Source: Eutreptiella sp. 'Long Island Sound 2002' (lineage: Eukaryota; Protista; Euglenida). From it: a DNA stretch of 64,000 bases. Under the pieces are notes generated by a model. That model saw only the letters and a program-made list of their open reading frames with translations. It ran no database searches and was not told where the DNA came from. Each line of letters starts with the position of its first letter. Positions within the stretch are counted from its first letter, which is position 1. Shown here piece after piece: positions 27,501-35,901 of the stretch. The DNA lies in NCBI GenBank assembly GCA_964036045.1, contig OZ038379.1, forward strand, positions 17,670,001-17,734,000, in the 5' to 3' direction. Position numbers and translations under genes: made by a program.

Positions 27501-30500
27501 AAGTTCATTTTATAACCAAAAAAAAAAGTTTTGTGGATGATGACAACATCATTTGGTGACTGCATTACCTGGTGCGTGGATGACATATTGAATGATGCAT
27601 TATTTAAGAGTATGACTCTCCTTGTCGGGAATCGAACTCAGGAGCGATTCTAACCGCGGCTGGCCGCGGCTGGAGGTTCTGAGGTGACCGGTGACCGCCC
27701 CCCGCCCCCCCCCCCCCCTCTAGCCGCGGCTAGCCGCGGCTAGTAGAAATTTTCAGGAACCCACAAGAAGGCACCATTTCTGCAACCCGTGGGCACACCC
27801 AAAGGGCAAGCACAACCCAATTCATCACCACTTCACGCAGGGGACATACAACAGATGCATGCACAGGCAATGGGTGAGCACAACGCAATACTCTTCACCT
27901 TATTTGCATGGAAACCGTACCCAAAGACAGCGGGATCAGCGTCCAGCTTTTGGCTGCAGTACTTGGTTGAGATTGTTTATACCGTTCGGTGCCGGGTGCT
28001 TGCTTTGGCAGGCCCCTGCTGTGGGCAGGGCGCCCGTTGCGTAATGGGGGGGGGGGGGGGCTCTTTTCAACCTGATGCTTAGGGTTGAAGGTTGAGGATG
28101 GACCATTGGATACACTGTTCCAACCAATTTTTGTCCTACAAAGTGACATGCAATATGGCAATGGATACTAATGGGTACCGTGGACTTGTTGCAAAAAAAT
28201 TGTTTGACAGCGAACCCACTAAATGTGCAACAAAACGGAAATGAACTACTCATGCAAGATCTTGGAAAAAATTTTTGTTCGATTTGTTCAAAAATGTGTA
28301 CAGTGTGATGTCCCATGTTGCAACATGCATGATGCAACTCAAAGGCACATAGCGATGAAACTTCTTGAAAAATTTGTTTCGATTGTGCTGGAACAAGCAA
28401 GCAAAAGCATACCAATTGCCATGCAAAAAAGTCCGCTCAATCACATTGTGTCCCATAGACAATACGAAATGTTTTTCCACACTTCTTCATGACACCTTGT
28501 GACAAATATTTGGTCCGGCCGTGGCTAGAAGCCGCAAAACTCAATGTTTTTCCTCATGACACCTTGTGACAAATATTTGGCCAGCCGTGGCTGGAAGCCA
28601 CCGCAGTGAGGTGATGACCCCCCCCCCCCCACCCCCCCCCCCTTGGTTAGAATCGGTCCTCAGGTCGTCGAGTTGTTAGTCAAGTGTTGTAACCGCTCAA
28701 CTATGCTCCAAGGATAAAAAACACATGCTATCGGCGCGGCACCACCCAATCTCTTAGGCTCTGCCACTGCCTCCAGTGTGTTGATATCCCCTTCCTCGCT
28801 TCGTTGTCCGTTGTTCTGTCTCAGTCCGGTGGTGTATTGTAGGGCACCATCCCCCTTGGTCGTCGCGGCTTTGTTCGCTCCTGTCTCTGCTTGATTTATC
28901 TCGTATGGTCTTGAGCACACTTCCCATGCTTGCACACGAGTGGGTCAAGTATGACTCTCCTTGTCGGGAATCGAACTCAGGTCGTCGAGTTGTCAGTCAA
29001 GTGTTGTAACCGCTCAACTATGCTCCAGGGATAAAAAACACATGCTGTCGGCGCGGCACCACCCAATCTCTTAGGCTCTGCCACTGCCTCCAGTGTGTTG
29101 ATATCCCCTTCCTCGCTTCGTCGTCCGTTGTTCAGTCTCAGTCCGGTGGTGTATTGTAGGGCACCATCCCCCTTGGTCGTCGCGGCTTTGTTCGCTCCTG
29201 TCTCTGCTTGATTTATCTCGTATGGTCTTGAGCACACTTCCCATGCTTGCACACGAGTGGGTCAAGTATGACTCTCCTTGTCGGGAATCGAACTCAGGTC
29301 GTCGAGTTGTTAGTCAAGTGTTGTAACCGCTCAACTATGCTCCAGGGATAAAAAGACAAATTCATCATATCTGAGACAGTATTTTGCTCGCTATTTAATT
29401 TTGGACTGGCTTTTTTTGTTTAACACTTTGTTGTGCTTAGCACTATTATGGATGTTTCTGATGAGCCACCACAAGATGTTAATCTTGTAATATGGTTATA
29501 GCTGTCTTGTCACATTAGGGCTTGGGCTGGGTTGAGGTTCTCTTTTTGCAATTGGTCTCCTAAATGTAATTTACAAAGTGGGTCTCTTGTCATTTTGGTC
29601 CGAGCATGGCTTTTGCAGGTGGGTCTACTGTCGGGGGGGGGGGGGGGTCAATGTGTGTGTTCGATGGCTACTCTTGTTTTATAGTGCTTGCCACACAGGG
29701 TCAAGTTGGAACAATTTTCACGATTCGACGTGTTGCACAATTACCCTTGCGCAAGGGGATAGGCGGTAGTCCCAAAGTTGCATGCCATGGCAAATGGCAC
29801 AGTGCGGCTTCAAGTGACGGAGGAACTCGTGATGTGGTGTTGTGCAATCATAGAACATCAAAAGCCAAGCGTAAACCTTGTAGCTCCAACGATCAATGCA
29901 TCAACCACCTCATTCCTTGCTTCGTATTTCGCGTGAAGAATGCAACCCAAGTTCAATTTTCTCTTCAAGCATATCGAGGCACCGCGGATTGAGGATTGGC
30001 CCCCCTCCAACCCCCCGCGGCCCGGAGCGGATCGCGGATTGAACCCCTACCAAAACCCCCCCATCCTAGGGTGGACATTCAAAACCCGCCAAATCCGCGA
30101 AAAACAGCAGAAAACCCCAATACCACCACCGGAGTGGCCAACTTTCATGGCAGCTGACCATGTCCGGTGACCAAGAGAAGAATTGACGCGCTTTACCTTT
30201 TTTGGTTTAAGAGCATAAATTAGGAGCGAGTTGGTAATTGGTCCATCTTGTATCCTTTCAACAAAATGAGAGCACACCCGGTGATAGGTTATGGTGTGGC
30301 AACAACAACGTAGAACCACACTTTTCATCAAATTTTTAATAGCGCAGTGTGCATAAGGTGGTGTGGCGTGGTGTGCAAAGTGGTGTGGCTAGAGCAAAGC
30401 CAAAAAGAGTAATGCACGATGTATTCTTGCAATAAAAAAGTCCAAAACAACCGCACAGTTCCATGTTCGTCCATTGTCCACTGAAAAAAAAAGACCTTTC

Positions 30501-31765
30501 TGACCCGCAGATCGATGATCGGGCGTTGCCAAAGGCCCCATGCTCTCTGCATTGGAGCAAATCGTAGACATAGACCAAAGTTCACCCCACACCCCAAAGT
30601 ACCGGTCTCCTAAGCACAACTTATTTTACTATTCGTTTTCCAGTTGTTGAGAAAGTGCACACCTGTGCAATTGCCTCCATATTGCCATTGCCCTTGAAAG
30701 TTGCAAAAGGCAATGGCATAACCGGAGTAACTGCTTGCACACATTGGAGAGCACTGGCCTCCATAGTAGAAATCGGTACAATCTGAGAAATCCATATTCG
30801 GGTGACTCGGTGGTCCACAAGATGGCACTAAAAAACAAAAAATAGAAAGTTCGCGAAGCATGGTGGATTGCATCATGTGTACAAGGTTCCCTCTCGAAGC
30901 CAAAGGTATCGTCGGCACCGGCGTCCTTTTGGGTGCTATCGGAACACCACTCCGAAATGACAAACTAACAATGTCACGGCGAGGCAACACACCTGAGGGA
31001 AATTTTGGAAAGAGATCATCGAACTCGCAATCCGAGAATGCACATCGCATGTTTGCAAAGAGGAACACCCAAAACATTCTTGACATCCATTTTGACATGG
31101 TGACAAATTCTAGCAAGTGAGCATTTCACTGTAGTTAACACCCATTGGTCCGGCTCCAAAAGTGCTTGGACTATGGACGACTCATATGTGGTCTTCCCCT
31201 TACTAGCATCATTGAAGGTTTCTCCAACGGATCATCTCTTCTGGAAACATGGAACGTGAAACGTGCATCTTGGATTGGATCCGATGGATGGAGTTATCAT
31301 TTTGTGATAAAGGGAAGTGCTCCATTCACAATTCAAAGCAGACGCCGCACGCAACGTTGCAACTCCAAAATCATACGCGATCGCAATTGTACATGCGGAC
31401 CATGACATGAATCTATTGTGCGAATGCTATCTAAATGGGCAAATACGCAGCTCTCTGGGCCCCTTCATTTGGTTTCTCATGGAGAATCACTTCATGTCGC
31501 GATCAACCATCGGTAGTACTCCCAACGCAAGATCACATTTGTCTCATGTTGTTTTTTGGATCTCAAGGCCGTTGAACATCACCTTTTCATTGCCCACGGT
31601 CAAGTAATCACAAAGTAATCACAAAGGGCTCTTGTTGCGGTGCGCAAGTATGAATGGTAGGGCACAGCAAAGTTCACCTGCGAGTACTTGAGAAAGGTAA
31701 GAGACCAAAAATCGAGAACACCACGACGCGAGGAGCAAGGAGAGGCACACGGGTAGCAGGTGCAT
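435..31765 (-). CDS. Gene A (whole model, 3'-truncated by window): secreted modular protein, SP + 12 six-Cys sushi/CCP-like repeats + Ser-Pro linker + Cys-rich modules + 2 Kazal domains
   Basis: 18 exons assembled by eye with GT-AG introns. All 17 downstream exons have lengths divisible by 3 and phase 1-1, so the frame stays open (~983 codons). The last visible exon ends on a GT donor, so the gene continues leftward. Confidence 0.85.
760..2950. repeat. Probable dispersed repeat(s) in the last visible intron of gene A
   Basis: AT-skewed tttgggcc/ccaaaaatgg-rich tract with internal direct repeats (e.g. aggtggacttgccgaaggca at ~2566 and ~3061) and no coherent ORF; boundaries not resolved. Confidence 0.4.
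3708..3863 (-). CDS. Gene A exon 17, Cys-rich module (CxxDPC...C...CxxNYCGGC...C)
   Basis: tccag|DGSQPVVCFADPCSFSNCTNASAATCTPNYCGGCSAVWLDDHGNTVNCGPRPG|gtatgt; 156 nt. Confidence 0.8.
4852..5569. repeat. 9-bp GTACGACAC satellite array in a CACTA-like insertion, bracketed by a 72-bp direct repeat
   Basis: Dozens of acagtacgac/actgtacgac units mixed with gacgcgtc and cgggccccg palindromes. The insert starts CACTACTGTCGAA and ends TTTCCGACAGCA. Identical 72-mers lie at 4780-4851 and 5570-5641. Confidence 0.85.
5919..6077 (-). CDS. Gene A exon 16, Kazal-type domain
   Basis: ctcag|DCDQPPICTKEHAPLCGSDGRTYSNPCEFVYEKRCYNEDLAVASEGECKATNIG|gtccgt; matches Kazal consensus C-x3-x-P-x-CGSDG-x-TY-x-N-x-C; P1 would be Lys. 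Confidence 0.9.
   Translation of the reverse strand: MATSLPFAPKSTHHCAARTAVPTATPASLCTRRGATTRTSLWLRRESAKRQT
7238..7405 (-). CDS. Gene A exon 15, unassigned 8-Cys module
   Basis: ttgcag|GLQCCVPGKEPGQYGNADCPMNHTCCPTSGEWVCSNGDGTFNCPGAPGGGGDPCATG|gtgtgt; 168 nt. Confidence 0.75.
9058..9195 (-). CDS. Gene A exon 14, (Ser-Pro)n linker
   Basis: tttgcag|SPSPSPSLSPSPVEPSPSESPSPLASPSESPSPSPSPSPFPSPG|gtcttg; 138 nt, phase 1-1. Confidence 0.75.
9701..9895 (-). CDS. Gene A exon 13, sushi-like module 12 (3' end uncertain)
   Basis: gacag|ELPDCDSPVTAGPSHFDFSACANHRYGGACDVICPAGYGGYAYAMCNVVGDWEFGGTCRACNFTD c|gtatga. An alternative phase-1 donor lies after 9614. Confidence 0.75.
11396..11560 (-). CDS. Gene A exon 12, sushi-like module 11
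   Basis: cgcag|VRRDCGPPSQSRWAFPSCDTTLDGDYCVGSCEPGYLGYASAYCDDGEWVYKGFCTG|gtgtgc; 165 nt. Confidence 0.85.
13152..13803. mobile_element. MITE, Tc1/mariner/pogo-type, 652 bp
   Basis: Perfect 16-bp TIRs CCGTACAAATCCTAAA and TTTAGGATTTGTACGG, each flanked by TA. A related copy lacking a right TIR lies directly upstream (from ~12435). Confidence 0.8.
14083..14244 (-). CDS. Gene A exon 11, sushi-like module 10
   Basis: cgcag|VDCGAPQNPTMSFELCEEHHYGGLCLPSCAPEYAGYATAVCQPDGTWLFGGNCTG|gtgtgc; 162 nt. Confidence 0.9.
14900..15120. repeat. 11-bp CTGGCGCTTTT tandem repeat within a short duplicated segment
   Basis: ctggcgctttt(t) x2 then x4; the flanking cagcattacaagtgcacatgacatgcattg...cacaatcacaaacaac is duplicated. 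Confidence 0.8.
16626..16805 (-). CDS. Gene A exon 10, sushi-like module 9
   Basis: tgcag|ELPGCDDPTLTADLNTDYSSCTDHSYGSICYATCPLGYTGAGDAMCNSDGHWIFNGGCTEG|gtgtgt; 180 nt. Confidence 0.9.
17636..17812 (-). CDS. Gene A exon 9, sushi-like module 8
   Basis: tgcag|DTANCGDPSLGGPVGVDFTSCKDWSYGARCTPECAPGYGGALTSVCACTGQWMHGGRCEG|gtatga; 177 nt. Confidence 0.9.
18672..18854 (-). CDS. Gene A exon 8, sushi-like module 7
   Basis: cacag|ALPNCGDPALASPPADVDFSDCTEHFYGGHCTPSCASGHYGYVTARCSLDGQWEFGGIGCLG|gtgtgt; 183 nt. Confidence 0.9.
20142..20309 (-). CDS. Gene A exon 7, sushi-like module 6
   Basis: aacag|AIPDCGPPSDPKMDFSWCTDHLYGGQCFPACASGYEGHAIAFCGADGVWQYGGTCEG|gttttg; 168 nt. Confidence 0.9.
20552..20710 (-). 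CDS. Gene A exon 6, sushi-like module 5
   Basis: tgcag|VDCGPPAHPTMTFEKCGDHFFGGQCIVHCAANHDGSPSAVCQDNGAWAYTACTG|gtttgt; 159 nt. Confidence 0.9.
22043..22219 (-). CDS. Gene A exon 5, sushi-like module 4
   Basis: cacag|EVPSCGDPAIGGPVGVDWSACTSHLYGGECSPTCAAGRTGSPTAVCSRFGTWSFGGTCRG|gtgtgt; 177 nt. Confidence 0.9.
22291..23290. mobile_element. ~1-kb foldback-type MITE
   Basis: Terminal CTGGGGTTGCT(C/G)AC inverted repeat; 23-bp gtcaatggaccccccatgcgcgt tandem array at the left, mirrored by inverted copies at 23060-23170; no clear TSD. Confidence 0.55.
24530..24706 (-). CDS. Gene A exon 4, sushi-like module 3
   Basis: cgcag|ALPGCGDPSVGDPVGTDFSDCSEYSYGATCSGTCLVGYSGHVYAMCKADGNWEYAGLCEG|gtatgc; 177 nt. 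Confidence 0.9.
25231..25410 (-). CDS. Gene A exon 3, sushi-like module 2
   Basis: ttcag|ESVDCGDPSLASPPANVDFSSCTEHFYGGHCSPTCASRYTGYVTAICDSDGAWSFGGICIG|gtgtgt; 180 nt. Confidence 0.9.
27610..29354 (-). repeat. Tandem array of 317-bp tRNA(Val)-derived units (~2.3 copies; the first is interrupted)
   Basis: Unit starts at 27610, 28949 and 29266. Minus strand carries A-box TAGTTGAGCGG, D-stem GTTG/CAAC, loop CT-AAC-AA (GAC in one copy) and B-box GAGTTCGATTC. Acceptor, anticodon and T stems are degenerate. Confidence 0.8.
27641..28659. mobile_element. Non-autonomous TIR element, PIF/Harbinger-like, inserted in a tRNA-derived repeat
   Basis: 15-bp TIRs GGAGCGATTCTAACC and GGTTAGAATCGGTCC (1 mismatch); 3-bp TSD TCA (27638-27640 and 28660-28662). 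The empty site GAAC-TCA-GGTC is seen in neighbouring repeat units. Confidence 0.8.
30663..30827 (-). CDS. Gene A exon 2, sushi-like module 1
   Basis: tttag|VPSCGPPSHPNMDFSDCTDFYYGGQCSPMCASSYSGYAIAFCNFQGQWQYGGNCTG|gtgtgc; 165 nt. Confidence 0.9.
31678..31765 (-). CDS. Gene A exon 1, signal peptide
   Basis: MHLLPVCLSLLLASWCSRFLVSYLSQVLA G|gtgaac; 88 nt, phase-1 donor. Confidence 0.7.
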
Positions 31766-32054
31766 GTTTAATTGGCAGTACACGAAGCACAACGCAAAAA
31801 TCTTCGTCAAATGGCCATTAACACGGGGTGCAGTACAACAAATGGAATTCAAGTGTTCCCTGCAAACCAACCATAGTTTTTCACCCCACAATTTTCGGAT
31901 CTTCACGTTACATGTAGCTTCAACTGCGTGTGTGAACCATGCACCTCTCCTGCATGGGCCCCCCGTGTTGGTGGGGCCCGTGGTGGTTGCCGTGCATGTG
32001 GCCGTGTCGACGGACACTGAACCTGTAGCTGAGGACACAGGAAAAAATAGGCAA

Positions 32055-32470
32055 CTATGACCTACAACCACTGTGTTGCGTGTGTGTGAGCATCAGTTCC
32101 TCTTGCACCACACTGTCTGGAACCCCCTTGCGGCGTAAGCCGTATCTCAGCATGGGCACCCACCACGCATCTGGGTACCCCTTGCGGAGTAATTCCCTCA
32201 TGACCCCCCTCACGTTGACTGCTGTATCTGTCTGGGACATGGCATAATATACACACTTGCCCACCAGTGCTGGCACCAAGCTCTTCAGAACTGTTTTTGC
32301 TTTGTACCAGTCAACATACCTGATCATACTTCGGTATTCATCCGTGGGGCCTTCAGCCCTTCGTTTGAGGCGAAGCCCCATCATACCTGTTTCTTTACAC
32401 AGGCTCAGCCTCGCTTCCAACCTGGGGAGCGTGTCCCCTTCCCCTTCCATCTGCAGCACGGGTACGTGAC
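32055..32470 (-). pseudogene. Retroelement RT C-terminal (thumb) fragment, Penelope-like
   Basis: RYVDWYKAKTVLKSLVPALVGKCVYYAMSQTD...VMRELLRKGYPDAWW resembles the PLE thumb pattern S.hp...k..i....l.R....s......l...l...GYP. Confidence 0.45.
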
Positions 32471-32866
32471 GTTGTATGCATTGACTATTTATGAACACAT
32501 GAAAGCACGGCCCCGAACAAGCAAAAAGAGCGAAACCACACATATTATTGCACCTCAGCTCGGTTTGGAATGTCACTTTGATGAACTCTTTGCTTCCTCG
32601 CGTTTTGCCATGCCAACTAACCAAAACTGGCTCATTGAAGTCATTCTTTCGTTCAACTCAAGTTACCGAACACATCGCATAAATGTGGTGGAAAAACAAA
32701 AATGTCCCTCCGCGGATCACAGAAGACACCATCCCCCCACAAGGACCATCTCTCCCCTTTATCATTCGAAGGCGAAGTGAAAATGTGAAACTACCTATTG
32801 CAAAACTGGCTTTCCGTTTCCAACAGATAACGCGAACGATGATAGGAAAATGAGCGGTTTGCCGTA

Positions 32867-35800
32867 CCGCCGCAGTTCCTATTGATTGGAGTAATGGTTA
32901 AATGTTGAAAAGCGAGTGTCTGGACGATTCACAGCGCAGATTTGAATTTGCATACCGCCAGTAAATGCAGTGAAGTCGATTTGTAGTTACTGTGGTACAT
33001 CGTAAATTCCAGATGTGAGATTTTGAATAAACAGTGGAACATGTTCCAAATGAGTGCCTGAGACTAGGAGTTCCTAATTTTTGGAGTTTGGGGTATCCGG
33101 ATTTTTATCCGTTTTAGGCTGTGCATGTAGCTGACAATGTCACCATCCGTCGGGCCCAACACTGCCCACGATGTATCCGAGGCCTTCAGTGCAAAGTGGG
33201 CGCATGTGCCGGCTGCAGTCAAGAACCCTAAGCGCTCAGCCCCTGTTCTAGATCACACTGTAGCAAAGTTCATCACTGGTAAGATCACTTACACTCAGGC
33301 ATGTAGGAAGGTCCCAAGCAGCACTCTGGCATGGAGGCTGAAGGCACTACAAGCAGGCCGGCCGCTGCAGAAAAGAGGTCCTAAGTCAGTGCTCACCGCC
33401 GAACATGAGGAGCAGTTGATGGCCTGGGTGAAAAGCGAGTGCCTACGGATGAAACCACCTTACAAAAATGACATTCTGTTGCAAGCAAAAGTCATGGCAC
33501 ATGCACATGGTCTGTTGTTCGACACAAAGAATGGTCTGCCCAGTGACAAGTGGTTCTTTGGCTTTCGCTGTAGGAACAAACTCAGTGACAGAGTTGTGCA
33601 ACATCTGGCCGAAGCTCGTATCCAAGGTGCCCGAGAGGTGAACATCGGTGAATGGTACCAGTCTGTCAGAGATGAACTGGATCAGCAGCATGTGACTTCT
33701 GCCGAACGAATTTTCAACATGGATGAAGCCGGTCATTCAAGGTGTTACGACATATACAAAGGTGTCGCCGCCGCTCGACGACGTCCTGCTTGGTCCATCC
33801 AGGGTTTTTGTGTCTGTTTCTTTTTGTTTCTGTGTCTGCCTCTGCAGGTCAGAGGGCTTATGCACCACGTGGATTTCGTGGGAAGGTGGCTCGGAGCGCC
33901 CCAGAGGACAGAGAGCGAATCACGGTACTCGGGTGTGGCAACGCTGCCGGTCAGTATGTCCCAGGCTTCTTCTTGCTCCCAACTCAGACTGTGAACCCGC
34001 ACGATTTGAAGGACGCATGCGGTAAGATCTACGTGGAGGCATCAGGGAATGGCTGGACTGATGAGCAGAAATTCCATCACTGGTTGGAGTTCGTCCTCTT
34101 TCCCTTCGTGAAGCCGCTGCTGGAAACAGGTTGAGTGCGGTTGGACTGTGCGACTGTGCGACTGTGCGACTGTGCGACTCTGTGCGACTGACTCTGTGCG
34201 ACTGTGTGACTGACTCTGTGCGACTGTGCGACTCTCATGGCTCATGGCTCATGGCTCATGCATGGACTTGGATGTGCGACTGCTGGTGCTTTCGTGCAGG
34301 CAAGGTGGCCCTGTTCCTCGACGGGCACACCACCCACGTGGGACGCGGCGCCCGCCTGTTCGCGGAGAGTCGAGGCATCCTCCTCTTCCTCTTCCCTCCG
34401 CACCTGACCCACCTGCTGCAGCCCCTGGACCTGTCGGTCTTCTCCACCTATCAAAAAGGTTACCGAGAAAGTGTTCGAAAATTCGTGTCCGGTCGCAGAG
34501 CAAAGAATGTGCCGTTCGTCGTCGCCCTTCGTGAGTGTTCTCGTGCTTACCTGCAGGCCTTGTCTCCTTCGAACCTGGTGAATGGGTTTGCAGCAGCAGG
34601 AATCTTCCCTTGGGACCCTTCGAAAGGTCAGAGTGCCCTTGACCAATTTAGGCAACAGGACCCGGTGGTCATTCCAGCCAGTCAGGCAGAATCTGATGAG
34701 CAGGTGGCATCTCAGGTGCTCAGTCAAGACCTTAGCCATTGACATGCCACCTCCAGTGCAAGTGTGTATGCTGCCCCTGCCCGTGTCCTTGTTGACTCTG
34801 CAACCCAGTATGAGAACAATGACTGGAGAGGCCCTGTGCATGTTACAAGGTGCATCAGAAGAGGTGGGCATGTCTGTAATGATGAATTTGACAGAGTAGA
34901 GGTTCTAAATAGGGAAAGAGAGAGGCTGGTAATCATCCGTGACCACGAATCATCCAAGATGGCATGTGCTGCGAAAATTGATGAGAAGATCAGAAAATTG
35001 TTCCAGGCTGCCAATGAGGCCAAGGTAGAGGTTGTGTTGAAGACCCAGCAAAGACTGTTGAGAGAGTGTGAGAGAGAGAAGCAGCAGAGAGACAAGGCAG
35101 AAGAGAAGGAGAGAAAGAGGCGAGAAAAGGAACAGAGAGTGCGAGCGCAGGCAGAGAAGAGAGCACCAGCTCAACCTGAGCCACCAGCACCAGCACCAGC
35201 ACCAGCACCAGCACCAGCACCAGCACCAGCTCCTGCACCTGCACCTGCACCTGCACAAGCACCCGAACCTGCACCTGCTCCAGTTGACTCTGTGGGGAGG
35301 GCAGACAGCTCAGGAAAGAGGCAGCTGCAGGACCTGGACACTGGTGTGGGCACCCCTCCCTCTGCAAAGGTTTTTCGAAGCCGTGTAAAGTATCCAACCC
35401 CCCCACAGGCTCCCACCAACACCACACGCAATGGGCGTGTGTCAAAGGCAAGGGCCATGCTGAACCTGTGAACAATGTACTGCCAGTGAGTTCCGCCGGT
35501 GGCTGACAGCCACTGCAACAGCAGGTAGCCAGTGGGCCAAACTCACTGCAACAGCAAACTGCTGGCTGTACATACCCAGAGAAGACCACAGGTGCCATGC
35601 TTTGTTGTTTTTGGCTGCTGCAGGGAGGTACAGGGGTGCACTGCTTCCATTTTGCACGTGTTGCTGTCTGTTTTGTGATTTTTTTGAGACTCTTCAGAAC
35701 CTGGAGGACCCCCCTGGGGGCCCTAAAACGGTCAGGCTCCTCCCCCCCCTGCGTGCTTTCCAAGGCCTGGGGTCCCCGTTGGTGGTAGCAAGTGCAAGTA

Positions 35801-35901
35801 CACCTGTAGGTGGGGTCAAGCAAGCCTGCAGAGGGCCGTGGGAGCCAAGGGTGGCCCACTCCAATAATTAGGAACACTCCAATTAATGGGAACTCCGGTG
35901 G
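32867..35901 (+). mobile_element. pogo/Fot-like DNA transposon (Tc1/mariner superfamily), ~3.0 kb, full length
   Basis: 26-bp TIRs CCGCCGCAGTTCCTATTGATTGGAGT (32867-32892) and ACTCCAATTAATGGGAACTCCGGTGG (35876-35901), 4 mismatches, flanked by TA on both sides. Extra subterminal copies near 33067 and 35856. Confidence 0.85.
33137..35471 (+). pseudogene. pogo/Fot-like DD35D transposase, 3 exons (33137-33761, 33848-34129, 34300-35471), in-frame TGA at 34740-34742
   Basis: HTH + CENP-B-type HTH (KRGPKSVLTAEHEEQLMAWV...PSDKWFFGFRCRN); catalytic NMDEAG, LFLDGHTTH and HLLQPLDLSVF with 35 aa between D2 and D3; two phase-1 GT-AG introns; coiled-coil and (PA)n C-terminus in the same frame after the stop. 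Confidence 0.8.

Noticed and set aside
28949-29030. Functional tRNA-Val genes, or an SL-RNA/5S repeat
   Set aside because: Acceptor, anticodon and T stems do not pair, and I recognise no 5S or spliced-leader sequence.
34950-35520. WC-, HQ- and GA-repeat ORFs in other frames
   Set aside because: These are shadow frames of the CCAGCA repeat that encodes the transposase (PA)n tract.
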